From positions 288,001 through 352,000 of the forward strand of contig CAVSPA010000003.1 in the NCBI GenBank assembly GCA_963729715.1: a DNA stretch of 64,000 nucleotides. Reading direction: 5' to 3'. Each line of letters starts with the position of its first letter. Position 1 is the stretch's first letter. Positions 32,399-41,503 of this stretch are shown here, piece by piece. Both the position numbers and the translations under genes were made by a program. This DNA comes from an uncultured delta proteobacterium. Its GTDB lineage: Bacteria; Desulfobacterota; Syntrophia; Syntrophales; UBA2185. The notes under the pieces are model-generated. The model made no database searches. It had not been told where the DNA came from and was given only the letters and a program-made list of their open reading frames with translations.

Positions 32399-34113
32399 AG
32401 AGTCAAAACATCTTGGACGTAATATATAAACAGATATGCTGTTTTAGTTGACAAGGAATGCCATTTGAAAGGGCGGATGTCCATCAAAATTGAACGATGC
32501 TCGACTTCAGCTTACTATAAGGAAGAGAAGTGAGGACATGGTATTCTCGATCTGTTAAAGTTGAATATCCCAAACAAAAATAACAGAAAGGAGAAGTGAC
32601 CATGTCCGAAAGAGATTATAACAGGCAGGCAGCAAGGCGTCAAAGGATCAGTAAGACAACACTGATAGTCGGGGTGGATGTCGGCAAAGCATTCAATGCA
32701 GTGGGATTTATGAATAAGGACGGCAACGTATTGGGCAGCTGTGCGAAGCTGTATAACAACCGGGAAGGGTTTGAGCAGTTTGTAAAGATGATCGAAGGGT
32801 TTAAGGCAAGACATCGTCTCAGAGACGTCCTCATCGGGATGGAGCCAACGGGGCATTACTGGAGGAAGCTTGCCTATTTTGCGAAAGAGCATGGCTATGA
32901 GGTACGCTTTGTGCGTACCACGGCGCTGAAGCATCACCGGGAGCTGGATGAGAGCTCCTCTGCCAAGAGCGACCGGAGAGATGCATTAACCATAGCGAAC
33001 ATTACCCGCGAGGGTAAATATATTGACACAGTCATCGAGGATGGAGTGCTGAGACAGCTGCGGACATTATCAAAGGCACGGGAGCGACTCCTCCGGTACA
33101 GTGTGAGTGCAAAGAACTCCCTGCATGCGGCCCTGGATGACTATTTTCCCGAACTGCATGAGATATTCCGGTCAATGGGGGCGCGGAGCTTGTGGGTGAT
33201 TCTTGAGAAGTGTCCTTTCCCTGAGGACGTTGTGTTGATGGAGACGTCGATTCTTCAGGAATTGATTGCACGGAGTTCACGAAAGAAAGCGGGATCTGCC
33301 GGGAAGGCAAAAGCGCTCTGCGAGGCAGCTCAAAAGAGTATTGGAGTAAAGCAGATCGGCACTGCTGACCGGTACCGGGTATGGATGTGCCTGGAAGAAG
33401 TGAAGCGGACGGTCCTGACGCTCAAGGATATGGATCGACAGCTGAAAAGCATGGTGAAGGACATTCCATCAACGCCCTATCTTATGAGCATCCCGGGCAT
33501 AGGTTACCTGTCTGCAGCTGTATTTCTGGGAGAACTGGGAAACCCTGCGCATTTTCATAATGCCCGCCAGATTGTGAAGTACGCCGGGTACGATCCCCAG
33601 GAGAGTGATTCGGGATCCCGGGTAGGCCGGAAGTTCATTTCCAAGAAGGGGCGGTGGCTCTTACGGAAGTATCTCTTCTTTATGAGTATGAGAGTGATAG
33701 TTTTGAGTAAATATTTTCAGGAGTATTATCACCGCAAATTAGAGACAAAGAACAGAGTGGGTCAGCAGCCCAGAAGGAAGGAGATTCTCTGCGCAGTGGC
33801 TATCAAGCTGATCAAAGTGATCTTTGCGCTGTTACGGGACAAACGGGGATTTGAAGATATGGCGCCTGCTGTAGCAATTGCATAAAACAAAAAAGTGGTT
33901 GTGGTGGAAGGAAGGACCGAATACCTTCGTAGGTCATAGGGCTTGCCTGATTCAGCTTGGTCAACTTCCACCACCCTTTTCGTCCTGCATAAGGTAAGTT
34001 GGGCAGAAGGCCCGTAGAATAAAAGAGGTTAGGTGAAAAGGAATAAAAAGGTTGAAGTACCACCACAACCATTTACAGCTTTAACAGTGTGTCACAAGAA
34101 AATACTTGACTCT
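32399..34113 (+). mobile_element. IS110-family element A (IS1111-like, sub-terminal inverted repeats); true ends probably a few bp outside
   Basis: AGAGTCAA 32399-32406 / TTGACTCT 34106-34113 bracket the recombinase gene; structured non-coding ends. Confidence 0.7.
32596..33885 (+). CDS. IS110-family recombinase/transposase A
   Basis: DEDD RuvC-like (VGVDVGK, MEPTG, KSDRRDA), SIPGIG, AGYDP..SDSG. Confidence 0.95.
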   Translation: MTMSERDYNRQAARRQRISKTTLIVGVDVGKAFNAVGFMNKDGNVLGSCAKLYNNREGFEQFVKMIEGFKARHRLRDVLIGMEPTGHYWRKLAYFAKEHGYEVRFVRTTALKHHRELDESSSAKSDRRDALTIANITREGKYIDTVIEDGVLRQLRTLSKARERLLRYSVSAKNSLHAALDDYFPELHEIFRSMGARSLWVILEKCPFPEDVVLMETSILQELIARSSRKKAGSAGKAKALCEAAQKSIGVKQIGTADRYRVWMCLEEVKRTVLTLKDMDRQLKSMVKDIPSTPYLMSIPGIGYLSAAVFLGELGNPAHFHNARQIVKYAGYDPQESDSGSRVGRKFISKKGRWLLRKYLFFMSMRVIVLSKYFQEYYHRKLETKNRVGQQPRRKEILCAVAIKLIKVIFALLRDKRGFEDMAPAVAIA

Positions 34114-34122
34114 CTTCTCTAG

Positions 34123-34405
34123 AAGCAATTGACCCCGGTGCTACGCAACGGTGTTATTCATGGAAGAAACTGGCTTTATTAAATACAATTTTATAAAGTA
34201 GGCAGCGGGTGCGCCCCGGCAGTCAATATCGACTCCTCACTGGTGTTTTCATACCCGTCTAGAAGCATGGTACCGAGTTTTCTTTGGTTATTACATTGGT
34301 GACAAATCATGTCTTTTCGGCATGTCAGATCCCGTTCAGGAGATTAACCGTTTTTTACCGACTCGGGCCGGGGCATGCCCCAAAAACCAATCAGGGGGCA
34401 AGTTT
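34123..34405 (+). ncRNA. Candidate bridge-RNA-encoding left end of element B
   Basis: ~280 bp non-coding left end with TCAGGAGA (donor junction match) and TCTAGAAGCA (left junction match); RNA not demonstrated. Confidence 0.5.
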
Positions 34406-35806
34406 ATGGGGAACAGTCTTAAAAGGCAACAAAAGAAGTTATCCGTCCAATCTAAGGATTCCGGTATGCTATCCAAGCTTAATTTAAATGCCGCCGGCAT
34501 AGATATCGGTGCAGAGGAGCATTATGTCGCCGTCCCCGAAGATCGTGATAAGCGTCCCGTGCGTCCCTTCCGTTGTTTTACATCCGATCTTCATGCGATG
34601 GCCCAGTGGCTGAAAGAGTGCCGAATCGATAGTGTTGCCATGGAGTCAACGGGTGTTTATTGGATCCCGGTGTTTCAAATTCTTGAGACTTACGGGTTTG
34701 AGGTCAAACTGGTTAATGCCCGGCATGTGAAGAATGTTCCCGGCCGTAAATCGGATGTTCAGGATTGCCAATGGCTGCAAAATCTCCATGCCTACGGTCT
34801 TTTAAGCGGTTCGTTTCGACCGGAAGACCAGATTTGTGTTATGAGGAGTTATTGGCGCCATCGTGACAATCTTCTTCGTTATGCATCCTCTCATATCCTG
34901 CATATGCAGAAGGCGCTTACGGAGATGAATATCCAGTTGCACAAAGTCATCTCGGACATTACCGGTGTTACCGGCATGCGTATTGTTCGTGCCATCATTG
35001 CCGGTGAACGTGACCCCCTTGTTTTGGCCGACATGAGAGATCGCCGTATTATGTGCAGTGTCCAGGACATCGTCAAATCTCTGGAAGGGGACTATCGTGA
35101 AGAACATATGTTTGCTTTAAAGCAGGCCGTTGAACTTTATGATTTTTATCACCAGAAGATTGAAGCCTGCGACCGGCAGATAGAGAATTGTTTGGCCCAA
35201 TTCGACTCCAAATTAGACATAAACACTAACCCGGTGCCTCCTTCAAAAAAGGCAAACAGAAAGCGAAGACGCAACGAGCCTAAAATCGATTTGCATACTC
35301 ACTTATACCGGATAACCGGCGCCGATTTAACCCGGATTGACGGGTTGGATGTAATGACTGTCCAGACGGTCATTAGCGAGGTTGGCCTTAATCCTGGATC
35401 TTTCCCTACGGAGAAGCATTTTGCATCCTGGCTGGGATTATGCCCGGATAATCGCATTACCGGCGGAAAAGTAAAATCCAGTAAAACCCGTAAAGTGGTA
35501 AATCGAGCCGCTGAAGCCTTTCGTATGGCCGCTGAATCTTTGCACAGCAGCGCAAGTGCCTTAGGCGCATATTACCGCCGTATGCGTGCGAGGCTTGGGG
35601 CACCCAAAGCGATTACCGCGACAGCCCATAAGCTTGCCCGCATATTCTATCGTCTTTGGAAAAACGGAGAAGCCTATCTGGACCCCGGAGTAGACTATTA
35701 TGAACAAAAATACAAAGAACGAGTAATTAAAAATATTAAAACTAAAGCCAAACAATTAGGTTATGCCATTACTTTGGAACCTCTCGCTAGCAATGTACGT
35801 TCTTAG
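34406..35806 (+). CDS. IS110-family recombinase B, copy 1
   Basis: AAGIDIG, MESTG, KSDVQDC, WLGLCP..RITGG, AHKLAR; AGGGGG RBS before ATG 34406. Confidence 0.95.
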   Translation: MGNSLKRQQKKLSVQSKDSGMLSKLNLNAAGIDIGAEEHYVAVPEDRDKRPVRPFRCFTSDLHAMAQWLKECRIDSVAMESTGVYWIPVFQILETYGFEVKLVNARHVKNVPGRKSDVQDCQWLQNLHAYGLLSGSFRPEDQICVMRSYWRHRDNLLRYASSHILHMQKALTEMNIQLHKVISDITGVTGMRIVRAIIAGERDPLVLADMRDRRIMCSVQDIVKSLEGDYREEHMFALKQAVELYDFYHQKIEACDRQIENCLAQFDSKLDINTNPVPPSKKANRKRRRNEPKIDLHTHLYRITGADLTRIDGLDVMTVQTVISEVGLNPGSFPTEKHFASWLGLCPDNRITGGKVKSSKTRKVVNRAAEAFRMAAESLHSSASALGAYYRRMRARLGAPKAITATAHKLARIFYRLWKNGEAYLDPGVDYYEQKYKERVIKNIKTKAKQLGYAITLEPLASNVRS

Positions 35807-35968
35807 GAAACCCTTATTGGACGTGAAGTTTCTCAGGAGGTAAGTTGGGCAGAAGGCCCGTAGAATAAAAGAGGTTAGGTGAAAAGGAATAAAAAGGTTG
35901 AAGTACCACCACAACCATTTACAGCTTTAACAGTGTGTCACAAGAAAATACTTGACTCTCTTCTCTAG

Positions 35969-37685
35969 AAGCAATTGACCCCGGTGCTACGCAACGGTGT
36001 TATTCATGGAAGAAACTGGCTTTATTAAATACAATTTTATAAAGTAGGCAGCGGGTGCGCCCCGGCAGTCAATATCGACTCCTCACTGGTGTTTTCATAC
36101 CCGTCTAGAAGCATGGTACCGAGTTTTCTTTGGTTATTACATTGGTGACAAATCATGTCTTTTCGGCATGTCAGATCCCGTTCAGGAGATTAACCGTTTT
36201 TTACCGACTCGGGCCGGGGCATGCCCCAAAAACCAATCAGGGGGCAAGTTTATGGGGAACAGTCTTAAAAGGCAACAAAAGAAGTTATCCGTCCAATCTA
36301 AGGATTCCGGTATGCTATCCAAGCTTAATTTAAATGCCGCCGGCATAGATATCGGTGCAGAGGAGCATTATGTCGCCGTCCCCGAAGATCGTGATAAGCG
36401 TCCCGTGCGTCCCTTCCGTTGTTTTACATCCGATCTTCATGCGATGGCCCAGTGGCTGAAAGAGTGCCGAATCGATAGTGTTGCCATGGAGTCAACGGGT
36501 GTTTATTGGATCCCGGTGTTTCAAATTCTTGAGACTTACGGGTTTGAGGTCAAACTGGTTAATGCCCGGCATGTGAAGAATGTTCCCGGCCGTAAATCGG
36601 ATGTTCAGGATTGCCAATGGCTGCAAAATCTCCATGCCTACGGTCTTTTAAGCGGTTCGTTTCGACCGGAAGACCAGATTTGTGTTATGAGGAGTTATTG
36701 GCGCCATCGTGACAATCTTCTTCGTTATGCATCCTCTCATATCCTGCATATGCAGAAGGCGCTTACGGAGATGAATATCCAGTTGCACAAAGTCATCTCG
36801 GACATTACCGGTGTTACCGGCATGCGTATTGTTCGTGCCATCATTGCCGGTGAACGTGACCCCCTTGTTTTGGCCGACATGAGAGATCGCCGTATTATGT
36901 GCAGTGTCCAGGACATCGTCAAATCTCTGGAAGGGGACTATCGTGAAGAACATATGTTTGCTTTAAAGCAGGCCGTTGAACTTTATGATTTTTATCACCA
37001 GAAGATTGAAGCCTGCGACCGGCAGATAGAGAATTGTTTGGCCCAATTCGACTCCAAATTAGACATAAACACTAACCCGGTGCCTCCTTCAAAAAAGGCA
37101 AACAGAAAGCGAAGACGCAACGAGCCTAAAATCGATTTGCATACTCACTTATACCGGATAACCGGCGCCGATTTAACCCGGATTGACGGGTTGGATGTAA
37201 TGACTGTCCAGACGGTCATTAGCGAGGTTGGCCTTAATCCTGGATCTTTCCCTACGGAGAAGCATTTTGCATCCTGGCTGGGATTATGCCCGGATAATCG
37301 CATTACCGGCGGAAAAGTAAAATCCAGTAAAACCCGTAAAGTGGTAAATCGAGCCGCTGAAGCCTTTCGTATGGCCGCTGAATCTTTGCACAGCAGCGCA
37401 AGTGCCTTAGGCGCATATTACCGCCGTATGCGTGCGAGGCTTGGGGCACCCAAAGCGATTACCGCGACAGCCCATAAGCTTGCCCGCATATTCTATCGTC
37501 TTTGGAAAAACGGAGAAGCCTATCTGGACCCCGGAGTAGACTATTATGAACAAAAATACAAAGAACGAGTAATTAAAAATATTAAAACTAAAGCCAAACA
37601 ATTAGGTTATGCCATTACTTTGGAACCTCTCGCTAGCAATGTACGTTCTTAGGAAACCCTTATTGGACGTGAAGTTTCTCAGGAG
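35969..37685 (+). mobile_element. IS110 element B, copy 2 (preceded by duplicated flank 35840-35968 = 33994-34122)
   Basis: Apparently identical repeat at +1846 bp. Confidence 0.85.
36252..37652 (+). CDS. IS110-family recombinase B, copy 2
   Basis: Identical translation to copy 1. Confidence 0.95.
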   Translation: MGNSLKRQQKKLSVQSKDSGMLSKLNLNAAGIDIGAEEHYVAVPEDRDKRPVRPFRCFTSDLHAMAQWLKECRIDSVAMESTGVYWIPVFQILETYGFEVKLVNARHVKNVPGRKSDVQDCQWLQNLHAYGLLSGSFRPEDQICVMRSYWRHRDNLLRYASSHILHMQKALTEMNIQLHKVISDITGVTGMRIVRAIIAGERDPLVLADMRDRRIMCSVQDIVKSLEGDYREEHMFALKQAVELYDFYHQKIEACDRQIENCLAQFDSKLDINTNPVPPSKKANRKRRRNEPKIDLHTHLYRITGADLTRIDGLDVMTVQTVISEVGLNPGSFPTEKHFASWLGLCPDNRITGGKVKSSKTRKVVNRAAEAFRMAAESLHSSASALGAYYRRMRARLGAPKAITATAHKLARIFYRLWKNGEAYLDPGVDYYEQKYKERVIKNIKTKAKQLGYAITLEPLASNVRS

Positions 37686-38273
37686 GCAAACAGAAAGCGA
37701 AGACGCAACGAGCCTAAAATCGATTTGCATACTCACTTATACCGGATAACCGGCGCCGATTTAACCCGGATTGACGGGTTGGATGTAATGACTGTCCAGA
37801 CGGTCATTAGCGAGGTTGGCCTTAATCCTGGATCTTTCCCTACGGAGAAGCATTTTGCATCCTGGCTGGGATTATGCCCGGATAATCGCATTACCGGCGG
37901 AAAAGTAAAATCCAGTAAAACCCGTAAAGTGGTAAATCGAGCCGCTGAAGCCTTTCGTATGGCCGCTGAATCTTTGCACAGCAGCGCAAGTGCCTTAGGC
38001 GCATATTACCGCCGTATGCGTGCGAGGCTTGGGGCACCCAAAGCGATTACCGCGACAGCCCATAAGCTTGCCCGCATATTCTATCGTCTTTGGAAAAACG
38101 GAGAAGCCTATCTGGACCCCGGAGTAGACTATTATGAACAAAAATACAAAGAACGAGTAATTAAAAATATTAAAACTAAAGCCAAACAATTAGGTTATGC
38201 CATTACTTTGGAACCTCTCGCTAGCAATGTACGTTCTTAGGAAACCCTTATTGGACGTGAAGTTTCTCAGGAG
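37686..38273 (+). pseudogene. IS110 element B, 5'-truncated copy 3 (588 bp; C-terminal Tnp domain + right end)
   Basis: Equals 35252-35839; begins at internal AAAG|GCAAAC site. Confidence 0.9.
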
Positions 38274-38374
38274 GAAGAGGTTAGGTGAAAAGGAATAAAA
38301 AGGTTGAAGTACCACCACAACCATTTACAGCTTTAACAGTGTGTCACAAGAAAATACTTGACTCTCTTCTCTAG

Positions 38375-40091
38375 AAGCAATTGACCCCGGTGCTACGCAA
38401 CGGTGTTATTCATGGAAGAAACTGGCTTTATTAAATACAATTTTATAAAGTAGGCAGCGGGTGCGCCCCGGCAGTCAATATCGACTCCTCACTGGTGTTT
38501 TCATACCCGTCTAGAAGCATGGTACCGAGTTTTCTTTGGTTATTACATTGGTGACAAATCATGTCTTTTCGGCATGTCAGATCCCGTTCAGGAGATTAAC
38601 CGTTTTTTACCGACTCGGGCCGGGGCATGCCCCAAAAACCAATCAGGGGGCAAGTTTATGGGGAACAGTCTTAAAAGGCAACAAAAGAAGTTATCCGTCC
38701 AATCTAAGGATTCCGGTATGCTATCCAAGCTTAATTTAAATGCCGCCGGCATAGATATCGGTGCAGAGGAGCATTATGTCGCCGTCCCCGAAGATCGTGA
38801 TAAGCGTCCCGTGCGTCCCTTCCGTTGTTTTACATCCGATCTTCATGCGATGGCCCAGTGGCTGAAAGAGTGCCGAATCGATAGTGTTGCCATGGAGTCA
38901 ACGGGTGTTTATTGGATCCCGGTGTTTCAAATTCTTGAGACTTACGGGTTTGAGGTCAAACTGGTTAATGCCCGGCATGTGAAGAATGTTCCCGGCCGTA
39001 AATCGGATGTTCAGGATTGCCAATGGCTGCAAAATCTCCATGCCTACGGTCTTTTAAGCGGTTCGTTTCGACCGGAAGACCAGATTTGTGTTATGAGGAG
39101 TTATTGGCGCCATCGTGACAATCTTCTTCGTTATGCATCCTCTCATATCCTGCATATGCAGAAGGCGCTTACGGAGATGAATATCCAGTTGCACAAAGTC
39201 ATCTCGGACATTACCGGTGTTACCGGCATGCGTATTGTTCGTGCCATCATTGCCGGTGAACGTGACCCCCTTGTTTTGGCCGACATGAGAGATCGCCGTA
39301 TTATGTGCAGTGTCCAGGACATCGTCAAATCTCTGGAAGGGGACTATCGTGAAGAACATATGTTTGCTTTAAAGCAGGCCGTTGAACTTTATGATTTTTA
39401 TCACCAGAAGATTGAAGCCTGCGACCGGCAGATAGAGAATTGTTTGGCCCAATTCGACTCCAAATTAGACATAAACACTAACCCGGTGCCTCCTTCAAAA
39501 AAGGCAAACAGAAAGCGAAGACGCAACGAGCCTAAAATCGATTTGCATACTCACTTATACCGGATAACCGGCGCCGATTTAACCCGGATTGACGGGTTGG
39601 ATGTAATGACTGTCCAGACGGTCATTAGCGAGGTTGGCCTTAATCCTGGATCTTTCCCTACGGAGAAGCATTTTGCATCCTGGCTGGGATTATGCCCGGA
39701 TAATCGCATTACCGGCGGAAAAGTAAAATCCAGTAAAACCCGTAAAGTGGTAAATCGAGCCGCTGAAGCCTTTCGTATGGCCGCTGAATCTTTGCACAGC
39801 AGCGCAAGTGCCTTAGGCGCATATTACCGCCGTATGCGTGCGAGGCTTGGGGCACCCAAAGCGATTACCGCGACAGCCCATAAGCTTGCCCGCATATTCT
39901 ATCGTCTTTGGAAAAACGGAGAAGCCTATCTGGACCCCGGAGTAGACTATTATGAACAAAAATACAAAGAACGAGTAATTAAAAATATTAAAACTAAAGC
40001 CAAACAATTAGGTTATGCCATTACTTTGGAACCTCTCGCTAGCAATGTACGTTCTTAGGAAACCCTTATTGGACGTGAAGTTTCTCAGGAG
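38375..40091 (+). mobile_element. IS110 element B, copy 4 (preceded by duplicated flank 38275-38374 = 34023-34122)
   Basis: Apparently identical repeat at +4252 bp; followed by unique flank AGGAAGGTAG. Confidence 0.85.
38658..40058 (+). CDS. IS110-family recombinase B, copy 4
   Basis: Identical translation to copy 1. Confidence 0.95.
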   Translation: MGNSLKRQQKKLSVQSKDSGMLSKLNLNAAGIDIGAEEHYVAVPEDRDKRPVRPFRCFTSDLHAMAQWLKECRIDSVAMESTGVYWIPVFQILETYGFEVKLVNARHVKNVPGRKSDVQDCQWLQNLHAYGLLSGSFRPEDQICVMRSYWRHRDNLLRYASSHILHMQKALTEMNIQLHKVISDITGVTGMRIVRAIIAGERDPLVLADMRDRRIMCSVQDIVKSLEGDYREEHMFALKQAVELYDFYHQKIEACDRQIENCLAQFDSKLDINTNPVPPSKKANRKRRRNEPKIDLHTHLYRITGADLTRIDGLDVMTVQTVISEVGLNPGSFPTEKHFASWLGLCPDNRITGGKVKSSKTRKVVNRAAEAFRMAAESLHSSASALGAYYRRMRARLGAPKAITATAHKLARIFYRLWKNGEAYLDPGVDYYEQKYKERVIKNIKTKAKQLGYAITLEPLASNVRS

Positions 40092-40466
40092 AGGAAGGTA
40101 GTCTCACCCACCACATCTATCATAACTGAAGTTGTTCCTAGAAGGATTACAACCCGTTATCAATATCGATGCGGAAGATCGTACACCTCATCTCTGTACG
40201 AATGGGTGTAAACACTATAATGGTCTCACTGATGTCAATGATGGGAAGTTCAAGGAATTCTGTTGGGAAGATGGATGCAAAAAAATTTACGAAGGTCATT
40301 ATTGTAGATTGCATGATAGTAATAAACCCATATTCTAGTCAGGATCTCTGTTCAGTTCATACGGGGTCGGAAGACCAGTAACTTTTGAGGGAGGGGGAAA
40401 TTTGGTCTGTATTTGAAGACCAGCATGCTTTATAGTGTATTAAACTACTAATAGGAGGAACAAAAT

Positions 40467-40649
40467 ATGCCCACTGTGATTATCGAAGCAGATGAAGGAA
40501 GAACAGTCGAGCAAAAGAGGGGTCTGGTGAAAGACATTACCGATGCCGTTTGCAGGAATTTCAAAGTCCCTCCGGATGCTGTGACCATTTTTATTCACGA
40601 AGGGAAAAAGGAAAATCGCGGGAAAGCGGGAAAGCTCGCTATAGACTGA
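40467..40649 (+). CDS. 4-oxalocrotonate tautomerase family protein
   Basis: Pro-1 (MP), EGRTVEQKR, 60 aa, AGGAGG RBS. Confidence 0.92.
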   Translation: MPTVIIEADEGRTVEQKRGLVKDITDAVCRNFKVPPDAVTIFIHEGKKENRGKAGKLAID

Positions 40650-41057
40650 GGCCTCCACCACATTTATTCTCCCTCGTTCGAGCCGCTGTGTTTCGGGAAT
40701 TTCTTCAGTACGCAGACGTCTGCGCTTTTTAGTAAATTCAGACCTCACCTGTCCGATAGGCGTAGTCCTTATGGAGATCCTCATAACTTTATCTGATTAG
40801 TACGCCCGTCTTTAGATGAAGAGAAGTCGCGGCTGCCGAAGGTCGTTTCAATAGAGGCCGTTCCTTCTATTTTGTGAGGGGTTTTCCATGATCCAGCTCA
40901 GACAGGATACAAGACACATGGAAAGGGTGAGCAGGAACAATATACTAAGATCCACCATCCATTTTTTTGCTTTCAGATTATTCATGCATAATGATTTATC
41001 AACAATGACCAAGGCAGCTCATTTGTTTTTCATGCTTGCCATGGGGGCTATATATGC

Positions 41058-41451
41058 ATAATGATAGGTCCGCCGGGTTCAGGAAAGGCGATGCTGGCAC
41101 AGAGGCTTCCCACCCTGACCTTTCCTGAGGCCATTGATATTACCAAGATATTTTCCGTCACAGGACTGCTTAACAAGAAAGAGACAATGCTGGGGACAAG
41201 GCCGTTTCGAGCGCCCCACCGCACAATTTCAGATGCCGGACAAAGAGATAAAGCTGTATTGCAGTGTAGATGAGGAATCGCAGAAATTGATCGAAATGGC
41301 CATAGAGAAACTCGGCTTCTCAGCTCGGGCCTATACCAAAGTACTGAAGATCGCCAGAACCATCGCGGATATTGAGGGAGATGAGAATATCCGCTCCCGC
41401 CATGTCGCTGAAGCCATCCAATACAGAAGCCTTGATAGAAAAATGATTTAG
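41058..41451 (+). pseudogene. comM: comM 3' half with internal deletion/frameshift
   Basis: MIGPPGSGKAMLAQRLP..RPFRAPHRTISDAG, then in another frame C-terminal SARAYTKVLKIARTIADI..HVAEAIQYR. Confidence 0.9.
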
Positions 41452-41503
41452 TGATAAAGAACTCTACCTATGCCGATGGCAGAGCAAAGGGGGGAATGAA
41501 TGT

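Larger units (their letters stand above)
34123..35839 (+). mobile_element. IS110-family element B, copy 1
   Basis: Right end fixed by four junctions (...TTTCTCAGGAG); left end inferred after AG 34121-34122. Confidence 0.8.
21225..41057. mobile_element. ~19.8 kb genomic island integrated in comM (no integrase recognised; likely immobilised)
   Basis: Joining ATA 21222-21224 to ATA 41058-41060 restores GGHNIIMIGPPGSGK. Confidence 0.85.

Noticed and set aside
34322..34405. ORF-track start of recombinase B at 34322 (494 aa)
   Set aside because: ATG 34406 has an RBS, and the upstream stretch overlaps the putative non-coding guide region
33994..40091. Repeats as CRISPR array or simple homologous-recombination duplication
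   Set aside because: Units are kb-scale IS copies without spacers, and the junctions differ and share only ~2-3 bp
40132..40381. Small Cys/His-containing ORFs right of the IS array
   Set aside because: No RBS or recognisable domain; may be a fragment but unsupported
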